64,000 bases of DNA, taken from positions 17,567 to 81,566 of the IMG/VR virus record IMGVR_UViG_3300035185_000025, one strand, 5' to 3'. Below the pieces are notes generated by a model, which searched no databases, was not told the DNA's origin, and saw only the letters and a list, made by a program, of their open reading frames with translations. The position numbers were made by a program, and so were the translations under genes. This document shows positions 29,374-38,978 of the stretch, piece by piece; the stretch's first letter is position 1; the number at the start of each line of letters is the position of its first letter. The DNA comes from a virus.

Positions 29374-29988
29374 ATGAGCACCGAGATCGAGCACCCATTC
29401 TCCGACAACCACGCGCCGCTCTGGTCGCAAGCGGCCCCGAGCGACGCGCAACTCGGGGCCGCTCTGCGCAAGATCGCCGAGGCCAACGGCCAGACCACGA
29501 ACGGGTTCGCCTACTACGCGAAGCGGTTTGTCGAGTGGGCGAGCGATGACGAGTGGCTGTGCCGGATGTCGAAGCGCAAGATCCACCGCGTCAAGATCTT
29601 CGTGCAGCCTGCCGGCCAAATCGACGGCGTACTCGAACGCGCCGTCGAGATGCTCGCGGGTCACAACGTTCCGGGGACGGTGTCCGCAGCGTTTGGTGAA
29701 GACGAGACCTTCGAGCAACTTCGGCGCGAAACGATCAAGCTCCGCGCGCTCCTGGACGCCGAGACGGCGCGACGAAAATCAGCCGAGGAGAGGGTCAATG
29801 TTCTGTCCGAGGCACTCGATAAGGCCCACGGAGAGCAACGCCAGGCAGAGATCGACTATGCCTCGATGAATGCCAGCCTCGAACGGATCGTTGGCGAGCG
29901 GCGCCAGGCAGAGATCGACTCCGCTATGCTGAAGGCCAAACTCGACCGGCTCGTCGCCGTGCTGAGCGAGGTCGCCGGTGACGCCTGA
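29374..29988 (+). CDS. Coiled-coil protein with internal 21-aa duplication
   Basis: Class B promoter at 29339-29366; RQAEID occurs twice. Confidence 0.65.
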   Translation: MSTEIEHPFSDNHAPLWSQAAPSDAQLGAALRKIAEANGQTTNGFAYYAKRFVEWASDDEWLCRMSKRKIHRVKIFVQPAGQIDGVLERAVEMLAGHNVPGTVSAAFGEDETFEQLRRETIKLRALLDAETARRKSAEERVNVLSEALDKAHGEQRQAEIDYASMNASLERIVGERRQAEIDSAMLKAKLDRLVAVLSEVAGDA

Positions 29989-30901
29989 GATCCAGGACCT
30001 CGAACCTGGCCAGGCGATCACCGTCGACTGGACCGCGGCCGAGTACCACGCCGACCGCGAGTGCGTGAGCCGATCGATGCTCGTGGATCTCCCGGAGAAT
30101 CCGGCGATCTTCATCGCCAAGCAGCGCGGCGAGATCGAGCCGGCATCGTCGAAGGCGCTGGACTTCGGGACGCACGTGCACCTGGCCCTGCTCGAGCCCT
30201 CGGAGTGGAGCCGTCGCCTGTTCGCTCCGGCGCCCGCGAAGCCGGAAGACGCCGACGGACGCCGAAAGGCCGGGAGCCCGGAGCGCAAACTCTACGACGC
30301 CTGGAAGCTTGAACTGGCCGAGTGGAACGCCGCGCTCGAACTCCGGCCCGACGCGATCGTGCTGAGCGAGGATGCTCGATCCGCAGTCGAGCGCTGCGCC
30401 GGCTCCATGCGCGCTCACCCGATCGTCGCGGCTCTGTTCGACGCCCCCGGGTCCAACGAGCAGACCGTGATCTGGCGATGCCCCGATCCAGATGTGCTCG
30501 TGCGCGTCCGCTGCGATCGCATCGCGTTCCCCGACGCCGACACCGTGGTGGTGTTCGACGCGAAGACGACAGTGAACCCGAGCCCGGAAGCGTTCGGCAA
30601 GTCGATGGCGGTCTACGGCTACGACGTCCAGGGCGCACTCTACAGCGACGCCGTGCGGGCGCTCCACCCAGGCAAGGCCGTCCACTTCATCTTCGGCGCG
30701 GCGAGGTCTCGCGCGCCATGGGAGGCCGCCTGCTACTCGCTCGAAGCCGAGGAGTACGAGGCCGGACACCGCAAGTACATGGCTGCGCTTCACGATCTCG
30801 TGCGGCGCCGAGAAACGAACGACTGGATCGCGCAGTGGCAGCGCGGACTCAACCAAGCCCGGATGCCACGATGGGCACTCACACAGGACCACGACCAATG
30901 A
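29978..30901 (+). CDS. RecE/exonuclease VIII-like PD-(D/E)XK nuclease
   Basis: EYHAD, FGTHVH, RCDRI, DAKTT, YDVQGALY. Confidence 0.85.
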   Translation: MTPEIQDLEPGQAITVDWTAAEYHADRECVSRSMLVDLPENPAIFIAKQRGEIEPASSKALDFGTHVHLALLEPSEWSRRLFAPAPAKPEDADGRRKAGSPERKLYDAWKLELAEWNAALELRPDAIVLSEDARSAVERCAGSMRAHPIVAALFDAPGSNEQTVIWRCPDPDVLVRVRCDRIAFPDADTVVVFDAKTTVNPSPEAFGKSMAVYGYDVQGALYSDAVRALHPGKAVHFIFGAARSRAPWEAACYSLEAEEYEAGHRKYMAALHDLVRRRETNDWIAQWQRGLNQARMPRWALTQDHDQ

Positions 30902-31668
30902 CCAACGCAGCGCTAGCTACCACCACCAAAGACGACCGCAGCCTCAACGCGTTCAGCTCCGCTGACGCGTTCGAGACCGCCCAACGAATGGCGAGGGCAC
31001 TCGGCGCGAGTTCGCTCGTTCCGGCCGAGTACCGCGGGAACATCTCGAACGTGATGATCGCCATGGAGCTCGCGGCGCGGATCGGCGCGTCCCCGTTCGC
31101 GGTGATGCAGAACCTCGACATCATCCACGGCCGGCCGAGCTTCCGATCAACCTTCCTGATCGCGACCGTCAACGCGTGCGGCCGCTTCACCCCGCTTCGC
31201 TTCCGCTTCGAGGGCGAGCCCGGCACGCAGGCGTGGGGGTGCCGCGCCTACGCCAAGGACACGAAGTCCGAAGATGAGTGCGTTGGGACGCTGATCACCA
31301 TGGGCCTCGCCAAGGCCGAGGGATGGACCAACAAGAAGGGCTCGAAGTGGCTGACGATGCCGGAGCAGATGCTCATGTACAGGGCCGCCGCGTTCTGGAC
31401 ACGCGTCTACGCGCCGGAGTTGAGCCTCGGCATGCACACCCGCGAGGAGCAGGAGGACGTCCATTTCGCGGGGCAGGTCGAGCGCGCGCCGAGCATGCTC
31501 GAGCAGAAGCTCATGCAGATCAACACGCCGGCGCAGGCCGACGAGGAGCCGCAGCTTGTCGACGTCGAGCGCGTCGAAGAGCCGGCCGAAGCCGATGCGC
31601 AGCCGGAGCACGTCGAACACGACCCGGACACGGGCGAGGTCTACGGTGTCGAGGACGACGGGAAGTGA
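30898..31668 (+). CDS. RecT/Redbeta-like single-strand annealing protein
   Basis: SSLVPAEYRGN, VMQNLDIIHGRPS, PEQMLMYRA; follows the RecE-like gene. Confidence 0.82.
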   Translation: MTNAALATTTKDDRSLNAFSSADAFETAQRMARALGASSLVPAEYRGNISNVMIAMELAARIGASPFAVMQNLDIIHGRPSFRSTFLIATVNACGRFTPLRFRFEGEPGTQAWGCRAYAKDTKSEDECVGTLITMGLAKAEGWTNKKGSKWLTMPEQMLMYRAAAFWTRVYAPELSLGMHTREEQEDVHFAGQVERAPSMLEQKLMQINTPAQADEEPQLVDVERVEEPAEADAQPEHVEHDPDTGEVYGVEDDGK

Positions 31669-31855
31669 TCGGCGCGGTCGACGGTAGGCCGGACATGAGC
31701 GCACGTGAGAAACTCGGACCATACGTCTGGGACATGGTCGTCAACCGACCGGACGAGCCGATCTGGTGGGGCGCGGACATACCATCGCTGAAGCCGTCCG
31801 ACGTCCGCGAAATCTGGGACGCGCGACGGGACGCTCATGCCAAGAGGTCGAAGTC

Positions 31856-32290
31856 ATGAATCGTGAGGCGGCACTAGCCCACGGGCGCGAGTGGATGGCG
31901 GCCGGATGGGAGCTGAAGCCGGGCCAGGTCCTTCGGCATGGCGAAGACACCGGGGCCATCGTCCTGGTTGTCGGTGTCCATCTCGCCGAGCGCGGAGCCG
32001 AGGGCTACTGGCTCGATCTTGTGCGCCTCGGAACGGGCGAGAAGATTCACCGACGAGCGCGGCACTATGTTCCCGACCCGCGAGACGACGGGTTCCTCGG
32101 TCACGCGCTCGCGCAGGTCCGTCGTGCGTGGGGTTGGATCGTCGAGGTAGACGTGCTCGCCGATGCCGACGGGTTCGAGGTCGTCTGCCCCGACCTGCGA
32201 GGCGATGACCGTGAGTTGGTTGGCGAGCTTCGGTTCGGAGGCAACACCGAGTCCGAGGCCCTGCTCGCCGCTCGGAAGGCCGCACCGTGA
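31856..32290 (+). CDS. Hypothetical protein (paralog of 46925-47350)
   Basis: PDPRDDGFLGHALAQVRRAWG...EALLAA. Confidence 0.65.
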   Translation: MNREAALAHGREWMAAGWELKPGQVLRHGEDTGAIVLVVGVHLAERGAEGYWLDLVRLGTGEKIHRRARHYVPDPRDDGFLGHALAQVRRAWGWIVEVDVLADADGFEVVCPDLRGDDRELVGELRFGGNTESEALLAARKAAP

Positions 32291-32808
32291 CCGTCGTCAT
32301 CGACCCCGGCCGCAAGACCGGCGTGGCGATCTACGAGGGCACCACGCCGATCGTCGCGGCCTTCACCGACGCGACACCGGCCGAGGCCCACGACCTGCTC
32401 AGCTGGTCGAAGGCGCGCGGGCACACGCACCTCGTGGTCGAGGATCAGCATGCGCCGCGGGATCCGAAGCGCTTCTCGTGGCCGCGGCTCATGACCCTCG
32501 TCCGCAGCGCTCACCGGTGGGTGGTGATCGGCGAGTTGCTCGGGTTCGTGATCGAGCGTCCGAAGTCGAGCGAGTGGCAGAGCGTCATGTTCCGGCCGAT
32601 CCCGACGCACGACGTGGACACCGGGAAGAAGCTCACGACCAAGCATCGCAGCAAGCTCGTCGTCGCGGCGACCTTCGATTGGCTTCCACGGTTCAAGCAG
32701 GGCGAGTCCCCCGAGGACGCGAGGCTCGTGCCCGCCGCGAAGCTGCCGCACGACATCTGCGACGCGGTCGTGATGGGCCGCTGGCACCGCCTGCACAGGA
32801 GCAGCTGA
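32287..32808 (+). CDS. RuvC-like Holliday junction resolvase
   Basis: IDPGRKTGVA, VVEDQ, HDICDAV. Confidence 0.75.
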   Translation: MTVVIDPGRKTGVAIYEGTTPIVAAFTDATPAEAHDLLSWSKARGHTHLVVEDQHAPRDPKRFSWPRLMTLVRSAHRWVVIGELLGFVIERPKSSEWQSVMFRPIPTHDVDTGKKLTTKHRSKLVVAATFDWLPRFKQGESPEDARLVPAAKLPHDICDAVVMGRWHRLHRSS

Positions 32809-33492
32809 TGGAGAAGGTCACAGAGGTACTGGAGAGCCACGCATTCAGGCGAGACCATGGTCCGGCCGCGATGTGGGCAGTAATAGTCCTCGTGATGCCG
32901 GCATGGGCACTGCTCGCCGTCGCCGCTTGCGCAGCAGGGCTCGTCCTCGCGCTGCCCGGCATCATGGTCGCGCTCGTCCTGGCGATCCCGCACTGGATCC
33001 GGGCCCGATCCGACGGACACACGGAGGACACGGAACGATGATCGAACTCAAGAAATTCACCGAGACTCGTGACGGCCTGACCGCTCGCGCGTACACGCCG
33101 ACCGACGCGCTGCAGGAACGCATCCCGATCAAAGTCGAGCGCGACGGCACGGTGGTCTACGAGATCGAGTTCATAGTCTCCAAGCGATCTCTGGCCCTCG
33201 ACCTGGAGGTCGCGATCCAGAGGGCTATCCGGGCAGCGCTCGAACGGTCGGTGAACTGATGGCGCTCAAGCTCAAGCCCGGAACGGAACTCGTCCTCGCC
33301 GTGCGCCAGGACGCCCACGGCTTCGTGCTCGAGCAGCGTGTCCGCGTCGGCAGGACCGAGGCTCGCGTCAAGGGCAGCAAGGCCCGCCGCTGTCGGACCG
33401 AGGAACAACTCTGGATCGAGATCGAGATCCTCGCGCAGAAGAAGCTGGCGAAGGTCGGCCTGGAGAAGACGTCGTGACCGAGGCCTGGAAGA

Positions 33493-34207
33493 TCATGACG
33501 CTGGCTGATCTGCCGACCGCCCGAGCCACGATGCGAGCCACGTCCTCGCCCGACCAAGAGCCCACTCCCGGCGCTCGTCCTGCCGGAGCCGACGACCGAG
33601 ATCCGCCGTACTGATCGGCGCCGAGCAGTCGAAGCCGTAGCCGCTCAGGCGTGCGCAAAACCCACGTCGCCGGCGCGCGGACAGCGTGAAGCGGCAGCGG
33701 CCCTCACGGCACTCCACAGCGCCCGCGTAGACGCTCTGGACCTCGACGAGGTTTCGCGCCTCGTAACGCGTCACAGCCCGCCACACGAGCTCGTGGGCCA
33801 CGACAGCGCTGACCTCCGGCGAGCAGAAGGCCGGATCGGCGTCGGCGCCCCACTTCCCGGCCTGCCAGCGGAGCGAGAGGCCGTAGGCGCCGAGCCCATC
33901 CTCGCGCCCGAGCACGTCCTCCCCGCGCACATGGCGGACGCTGGCCTCGCCGCAGAACGCCTCGCGGCAGACCACGAGCGCGTGGAAGGCGGCGATGATC
34001 GGCGAGACGCCGAGGGCTTCGGTGGTCGCGGTGACGCGTGCGGTCCTTGGCCTCGCGCGACCAGGGAACACGGGGCTCGTCACGGGCGTCGCAGTAGTCG
34101 CCTGGCACGACGCCAGGTGCCGGCGCCGCGCAGGCGTTGCAGGCGTAGAGCAGCACGAGGCAGGCGATGATCGCGAGGGCTACTCGCAGGCCGAGTCGAT
34201 CGTCCAT
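33493..34207 (-). pseudogene. Secreted lysozyme/transglycosylase-like protein with a frameshift near 34035
   Basis: Signal peptide MDDRLGLRVALAIIACLVLLYAC in one frame; VVCRE...GAYGL domain in another; class A promoter. Confidence 0.45.
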
Positions 34208-34261
34208 GGCCGGGCAGGGTAGCACCAGGAAGCGCACGCCGGCCGCGGCGGTAGGGCGAGC

Positions 34262-34609
34262 ATGGATCCTGAGCACACGATGATTCTGTTCGACCTTCGG
34301 CCGTTCAAGGCGGCCTGCCACCATGCGATCAGCGAGTGCGAGGCCGGCAGGCTGTCGCCGGATGACGCGGCCGATCAGATCGAGCGGCTCGCGGCTTCGG
34401 TGCCCGACCTCGACGAGGTCAAGTACCGCGGATACCAGAGCAAGCTCCTGCGTTGCCGGTCGCACGATCGAGCGCGGCGCCTCGTCGACTGTCTCGATGA
34501 CCACACGGTCCGGCCGTGGGTGCACCTGGCAGCGCGTGGCCTGGGCCTGGTGGCGAAGCTTGGCGCGCTCGCTCTGTTCGTGTGGTTCATCGTGTGGCTC
34601 GTCCGATGA
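34262..34609 (+). CDS. Hypothetical protein with C-terminal TM segment
   Basis: Class B promoter at 34227-34254. Confidence 0.6.
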   Translation: MDPEHTMILFDLRPFKAACHHAISECEAGRLSPDDAADQIERLAASVPDLDEVKYRGYQSKLLRCRSHDRARRLVDCLDDHTVRPWVHLAARGLGLVAKLGALALFVWFIVWLVR

Positions 34610-34798
34610 ACATCAACCGGATTCGTCCGCCCGCATCGCGCTGTGGCTGTCCGGCGTCATCAACGACGCGATCCGAGACGCGCGCGATGCTGGACTCGAT
34701 CAGCGCTCGATCCATCTGCTGCTTCTGAACTACGCGAATGGCGAGGATCCGAGCGGCCGCGCTCGCACCTCCGCGGGTGCGCAGGTAGACTCGAAGGC

Positions 34799-35356
34799 GT
34801 GAAGGCCGACCTCGCCACGTTCCCAGTCGGATCCGCCGATGGCCTTCCGGTGCTGCACCTCGACTGCGACGGCGCACCGTGGTCCACCGAAGATGCCGAC
34901 GCCGCGGTCCAGCGCATGGCCGGCGCGCGCGGGATCTGGGGCGTGTGGATCGACAACCCTGAGACGTGGGAGAGCCAAGACCTCGACGTTTGGATCGCCG
35001 AGCAGCCGTGCGTGATCGCGCTGCGAGAACTCGGCGCCACGGACTGGCCGGCTGCGGAACTGAACACGGTGCTCGACGTCAGCGCAGCGCTCGAGCACGC
35101 GACCGACGTGGATCGGCTCGCCGACTTCGTGGCTGGATGCGCCGCCGGATCGATCCCGATCATCGCGGACGCGATCGCGCGCGTCGGACCGCTGCAGCGC
35201 GCTCCTGTCCCGGCGGCGCTCGACCTGCTCGCCGACTTCACCGGCATGCACGGCGAGGGCTACCTGTACACGCCGGCCGACCATCCGCACTGGCCGCTGA
35301 TGCTTCGTGCGATCTCGAAGTGCGGATCGCAGTGGTCGCTGAGGAGGTCAGCGTGA
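34799..35356 (+). CDS. Hypothetical protein
   Basis: GTGA overlap, good codon pattern. Confidence 0.6.
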   Translation: MKADLATFPVGSADGLPVLHLDCDGAPWSTEDADAAVQRMAGARGIWGVWIDNPETWESQDLDVWIAEQPCVIALRELGATDWPAAELNTVLDVSAALEHATDVDRLADFVAGCAAGSIPIIADAIARVGPLQRAPVPAALDLLADFTGMHGEGYLYTPADHPHWPLMLRAISKCGSQWSLRRSA

Positions 35357-35516
35357 GGCGATTTCAGTGGTGGAGGCGCCTCCGTGGAGGACGGTGGGAG
35401 TTGCAGCGGGCTGGCGGTGATGCGTTCGCTTGTTGGTGGCGTCGTGTTGAGTTGTTCGATCACGATTGCTTCAAGAGCGGAGGATCCTGCGTGATCGCCC
35501 GCGAGGACTGGCGACG

Positions 35517-36176
35517 GTGACGACCAGGCCCAAGCGCCCGTCCGACGAGGACTACGCGCGCGCGCTCGCGCTGTACCGCGGCAACGCTCCGCCCGAGCAA
35601 ATCGCCGAGCGCGTGGGGCTGTCGCTCGACCAGGTCGAGCACGCGATGCTCGAGGGCTGGCCGCCGACACGCGGCCGGCATCCGCGTCCAGCGCTTCGAG
35701 CATGGGAGCACGAGATCGACGACCGGATGCACCGGGCTCGGCTCGCCACGCTCGACTGGGCGCAGGCCGTCGCCGAGAGCTCGGCCGTCAGCGCAAAGGA
35801 CTGGGCAGCGACGCTGAAGAAGTGCTCGGCGATCAAGCAGTCGATGCTGAATGCGTGGGGCCTGCGCGTGAAGAAGGCGATCGAGGACGCCGACGGCAAA
35901 GCCCCGGACCTCGACGGACTCTCCATCGACCTCAACTTCGCCCGATCTCTGCGCACGCTGCACCTGATGATGGACCCCGGTCAGCAGGGCAAGATCGCCG
36001 ACGTCCACCGCGCGCTCGCCGGCGACGAGGACGACGCAGATGTCGGCGCCGACGACCGGCTCGCGGCTTCGCTCGCAGGCATGACAGAGGAGCAGATCGA
36101 TCACTGGGTCGAGACCAACAAACGGCCCGACCCAGATCAGAAGGTGCTGCCGTTCCCGCAGCAAGACGCGGGCTAG
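35517..36176 (+). CDS. Probable terminase small subunit
   Basis: N-terminal HTH (EQIAERVGLS), helical, upstream of terL. Confidence 0.55.
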   Translation: MTTRPKRPSDEDYARALALYRGNAPPEQIAERVGLSLDQVEHAMLEGWPPTRGRHPRPALRAWEHEIDDRMHRARLATLDWAQAVAESSAVSAKDWAATLKKCSAIKQSMLNAWGLRVKKAIEDADGKAPDLDGLSIDLNFARSLRTLHLMMDPGQQGKIADVHRALAGDEDDADVGADDRLAASLAGMTEEQIDHWVETNKRPDPDQKVLPFPQQDAG

Positions 36177-36484
36177 GTCGCCTTCAACATCCGTTCTGCG
36201 GACTTGTCGAACATGTGGATCTTCGTCTCGTCGATCATCCCGATCGGACGCTGTCCATGCTTGGCCACGAGTAACAGGTTACGCAGCCGACCGATGTCGT
36301 CGTTGTCTTCGTGCTCGATATGCGTCGAGCACATGTGCTGGTCTGGCTCGCCGTCTTCGCCCTCGAAGCGGTCGAGGAAAAACGTCGCGTGCATGCCGAT
36401 GTTCTCGCGCTTCGAGATCTCGATGATCTTCGTCATGAGCGGCGCGATCTCGTTGTCATAGACGGTTTCTTTTGGTCCTGGCAT
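36173..36484 (-). CDS. Hypothetical protein
   Basis: Class B promoter at 36492-36519. Confidence 0.65.
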   Translation of the reverse strand: MPGPKETVYDNEIAPLMTKIIEISKRENIGMHATFFLDRFEGEDGEPDQHMCSTHIEHEDNDDIGRLRNLLLVAKHGQRPIGMIDETKIHMFDKSAERMLKAT

Positions 36485-36529
36485 GCAGCGACTACCAGCG
36501 CACCATACCGAAGCTTCCCGACGCGCGGG

Positions 36530-36859
36530 CTAGAACACGAGCGCAATGGCGGCGAGGACGATCGTCGCAGCCTGTACAGCGATCATGACCTTGAGCTTGG
36601 TCGCCTGGCCCTCGTGCACTGCCGTCGCACAAATCACGGCGACCTCGATCATGCTCCTGGCCTTGGCCTTCCTGTGCTTCATGACGGGCTCGATCTCCAG
36701 GCAGAGCATGTCGACGATCTCCAGCAGATCGTCGGACGTGTGAAGTACTCCTGCAATCTTCATCGACGCGGTCCTCGTCACAGGATCGAAGACCTCCGTC
36801 ATCTCTTGTCGGATCTCTACTCGCGCAAGCGCGCGCGCCACGGCGTGTTCTGTCGTCAT
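36530..36859 (-). CDS. Hypothetical protein with C-terminal TM segment
   Basis: 109-aa ORF. Confidence 0.55.
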   Translation of the reverse strand: MTTEHAVARALARVEIRQEMTEVFDPVTRTASMKIAGVLHTSDDLLEIVDMLCLEIEPVMKHRKAKARSMIEVAVICATAVHEGQATKLKVMIAVQAATIVLAAIALVF

Positions 36860-36948
36860 GTACCGTCTACAAGATCCGTCGGTGCATGCTTCCTGACGCA
36901 GGCGCTAGGCCGGAAGCGTTGCTATGCGGAGAAGGTAGTCCGCGAGCC

Positions 36949-37359
36949 ATGAAGACCAAAGACATCCTCGCCAAAATCAAAGCCGACCCCGCCGCCGAGT
37001 TCGCCTTGCGCCCCGGCCCTCACGCCTGGGACTTCGCCAAAGTCCGGCGGCTTCGATCGCTCGGTAACGGCCGTTGGGCGTACGGCGAGCACAAGCCCCG
37101 AGGTCGAGCCGAATGGCTCCGCGGACCCTCCGACAGCAGCGTGCGATCGCGTAACCTTGTGGACGTCGCCACGGTCGAAGCCGAGTTCGAAGAGCGAGCG
37201 AAACACCGTGCCGGCTTGCAGGCCGAATATCGGCGGGCGAACAGGGTCGTCGATCGGCTGCGGGCGATCGGTGTGCCTGCGACGAGCACTGGCAAGCGCA
37301 TCACGATCTTCGACCTGGCCGATTGGGAACGCATCCTCGCCCTCGCTGAGCGGTCCTGA
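36949..37359 (+). CDS. Hypothetical protein
   Basis: Class B promoter at 36911-36938. Confidence 0.6.
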   Translation: MKTKDILAKIKADPAAEFALRPGPHAWDFAKVRRLRSLGNGRWAYGEHKPRGRAEWLRGPSDSSVRSRNLVDVATVEAEFEERAKHRAGLQAEYRRANRVVDRLRAIGVPATSTGKRITIFDLADWERILALAERS

Positions 37360-37401
37360 AGATCGGAGCACGCACCCGCGCAGGTGCGCTAGGATCCGAG
37401 C

Positions 37402-38955
37402 GTGGTAGCGCCACCCAAGCGCAGCAAGGCGAAGCGCCGCGTGTACCCGCACCGGGTCCGCCGCGCGTGGATGCGCGAGTTGGAGATGTGCCGGCGCGAT
37501 CCCGTCCGGTTCATCGAATACGTCTTCCAGATCAAGCTCGACCCGATCCAGGTCGTGTGGATCCGGTTCTGGCAGCAGAACCGCAAGACCGTGCTCCACG
37601 GCTCGATCGGCCTCGGCAAGTCGATGCTGATGCGCGGGATGATCCTGTGGCTGATCGGCAACGACCCGAACGCTCAGGTGATCTGGCTCAGCGCGACGCA
37701 GCGGCAGCCGAAGAAGCACCTCAGCCTGCTCGCCGCGATGATCGAAGACGACCGCGCGCGCTCGAGGCTCCACCACGTGTTCCCCCGCATGCGCCCGGGC
37801 AAGATCTGGCGCAGCACGGAGATCACCGTCGAGCGCGAGGTGAGCCCGGTCGAAGCCGACTACACGATCAGCACCTACGGTGCCTACGCCGACTCGCTGC
37901 TTGGCTCGCGCGCGACGATCCTCGTGATCGACGATCTGTGCAACTTCTCGAACACGCTGACGGAGGACGGCCGCACGAAGATGATCGAGTGGCTGGCGAC
38001 GGTGCTGTCGCGCCTCACGGGGCCCGACTACCGGATGATGGTCTTGGGCAACTTCTGGCACTCCATGGACGCGCTCATGGACCTCGTGAACAACAAAGAG
38101 TTCGCGTACTTGAAGACGCCGGCCTACACGCTCGCCGAGGACGGCAGCAAGATCCCGACGGCTCCGCGCGCGCTACCGGTCGCGGTCATCGACGAGAAGA
38201 TCAAGGAACTCGGTCCCCGCAAGGCGCAGCAGATGCTGCAGTGCGAGAAGCCTGATCTGAACCTCGGCCGGTTCAAGGAGTTGTGGTTTGAGGCCGCGCT
38301 AACGGCCGGGCTCGGGATGCCGTTCTCGCCGGCGCGGATCTTCTACCCAGCCTTCACCGGCGTGGATCTGGGTCACCGCGGCGCGCCCGGGGCAGACCGG
38401 ACCGCGATGGTCACGGCGATCCTCCGGCCCGACGGGCGCAAGCAGATCATCGACGTCCGCAGCGGGTGCTGGAAGTCCGACGAGATCAAGGCGAACTTGC
38501 TCGAGGTCCGGCTCCGCTACGGCTCCACGATCGGCGTCGAGAACAACGGCGCGCAGAAGATGGTCATGGATCTGATCACCGACAGCACGGCGATCCCGTT
38601 GCTCGACCACAACACGAATCAGTTCAACAAGCGCGACATCGCCAACGGCGTCGAGGGTCTCGCCACCGGGCTGAGCCAGGGCGAGTGGGTGTTCCCGTGC
38701 CCGCCGAAGCCGACGGCGACCGGCCGCGGGCTCGACGAAGGCGACGGCCAGCGCGGTCAGCCCGAGCCTGAGATCGAGCACCTCATGAGCGAGGCGCTCG
38801 TGTTCGATCCGAGCAAGCCCAGGGAGCACACCGGGGATCGGCTCATGGCCTGGTGGATCCTCAGCGAGACGATCCGCAAGAGCGCGCTCCGGGAGTACGA
38901 CGACGCGATGCTGCCCGCGGTGGACGTGCCGGATCTGGACCTGTTCAGCCGGTGA
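37402..38955 (+). CDS. terL: Terminase large subunit
   Basis: Walker A GLGKS, Walker B LVIDD, nuclease GVDLG...GDRLMA; TAGGAT-N6-GTG. Confidence 0.88.
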   Translation: MVAPPKRSKAKRRVYPHRVRRAWMRELEMCRRDPVRFIEYVFQIKLDPIQVVWIRFWQQNRKTVLHGSIGLGKSMLMRGMILWLIGNDPNAQVIWLSATQRQPKKHLSLLAAMIEDDRARSRLHHVFPRMRPGKIWRSTEITVEREVSPVEADYTISTYGAYADSLLGSRATILVIDDLCNFSNTLTEDGRTKMIEWLATVLSRLTGPDYRMMVLGNFWHSMDALMDLVNNKEFAYLKTPAYTLAEDGSKIPTAPRALPVAVIDEKIKELGPRKAQQMLQCEKPDLNLGRFKELWFEAALTAGLGMPFSPARIFYPAFTGVDLGHRGAPGADRTAMVTAILRPDGRKQIIDVRSGCWKSDEIKANLLEVRLRYGSTIGVENNGAQKMVMDLITDSTAIPLLDHNTNQFNKRDIANGVEGLATGLSQGEWVFPCPPKPTATGRGLDEGDGQRGQPEPEIEHLMSEALVFDPSKPREHTGDRLMAWWILSETIRKSALREYDDAMLPAVDVPDLDLFSR

Positions 38956-38978
38956 TGCCGCCGTGGTAGCCTGCGCGG

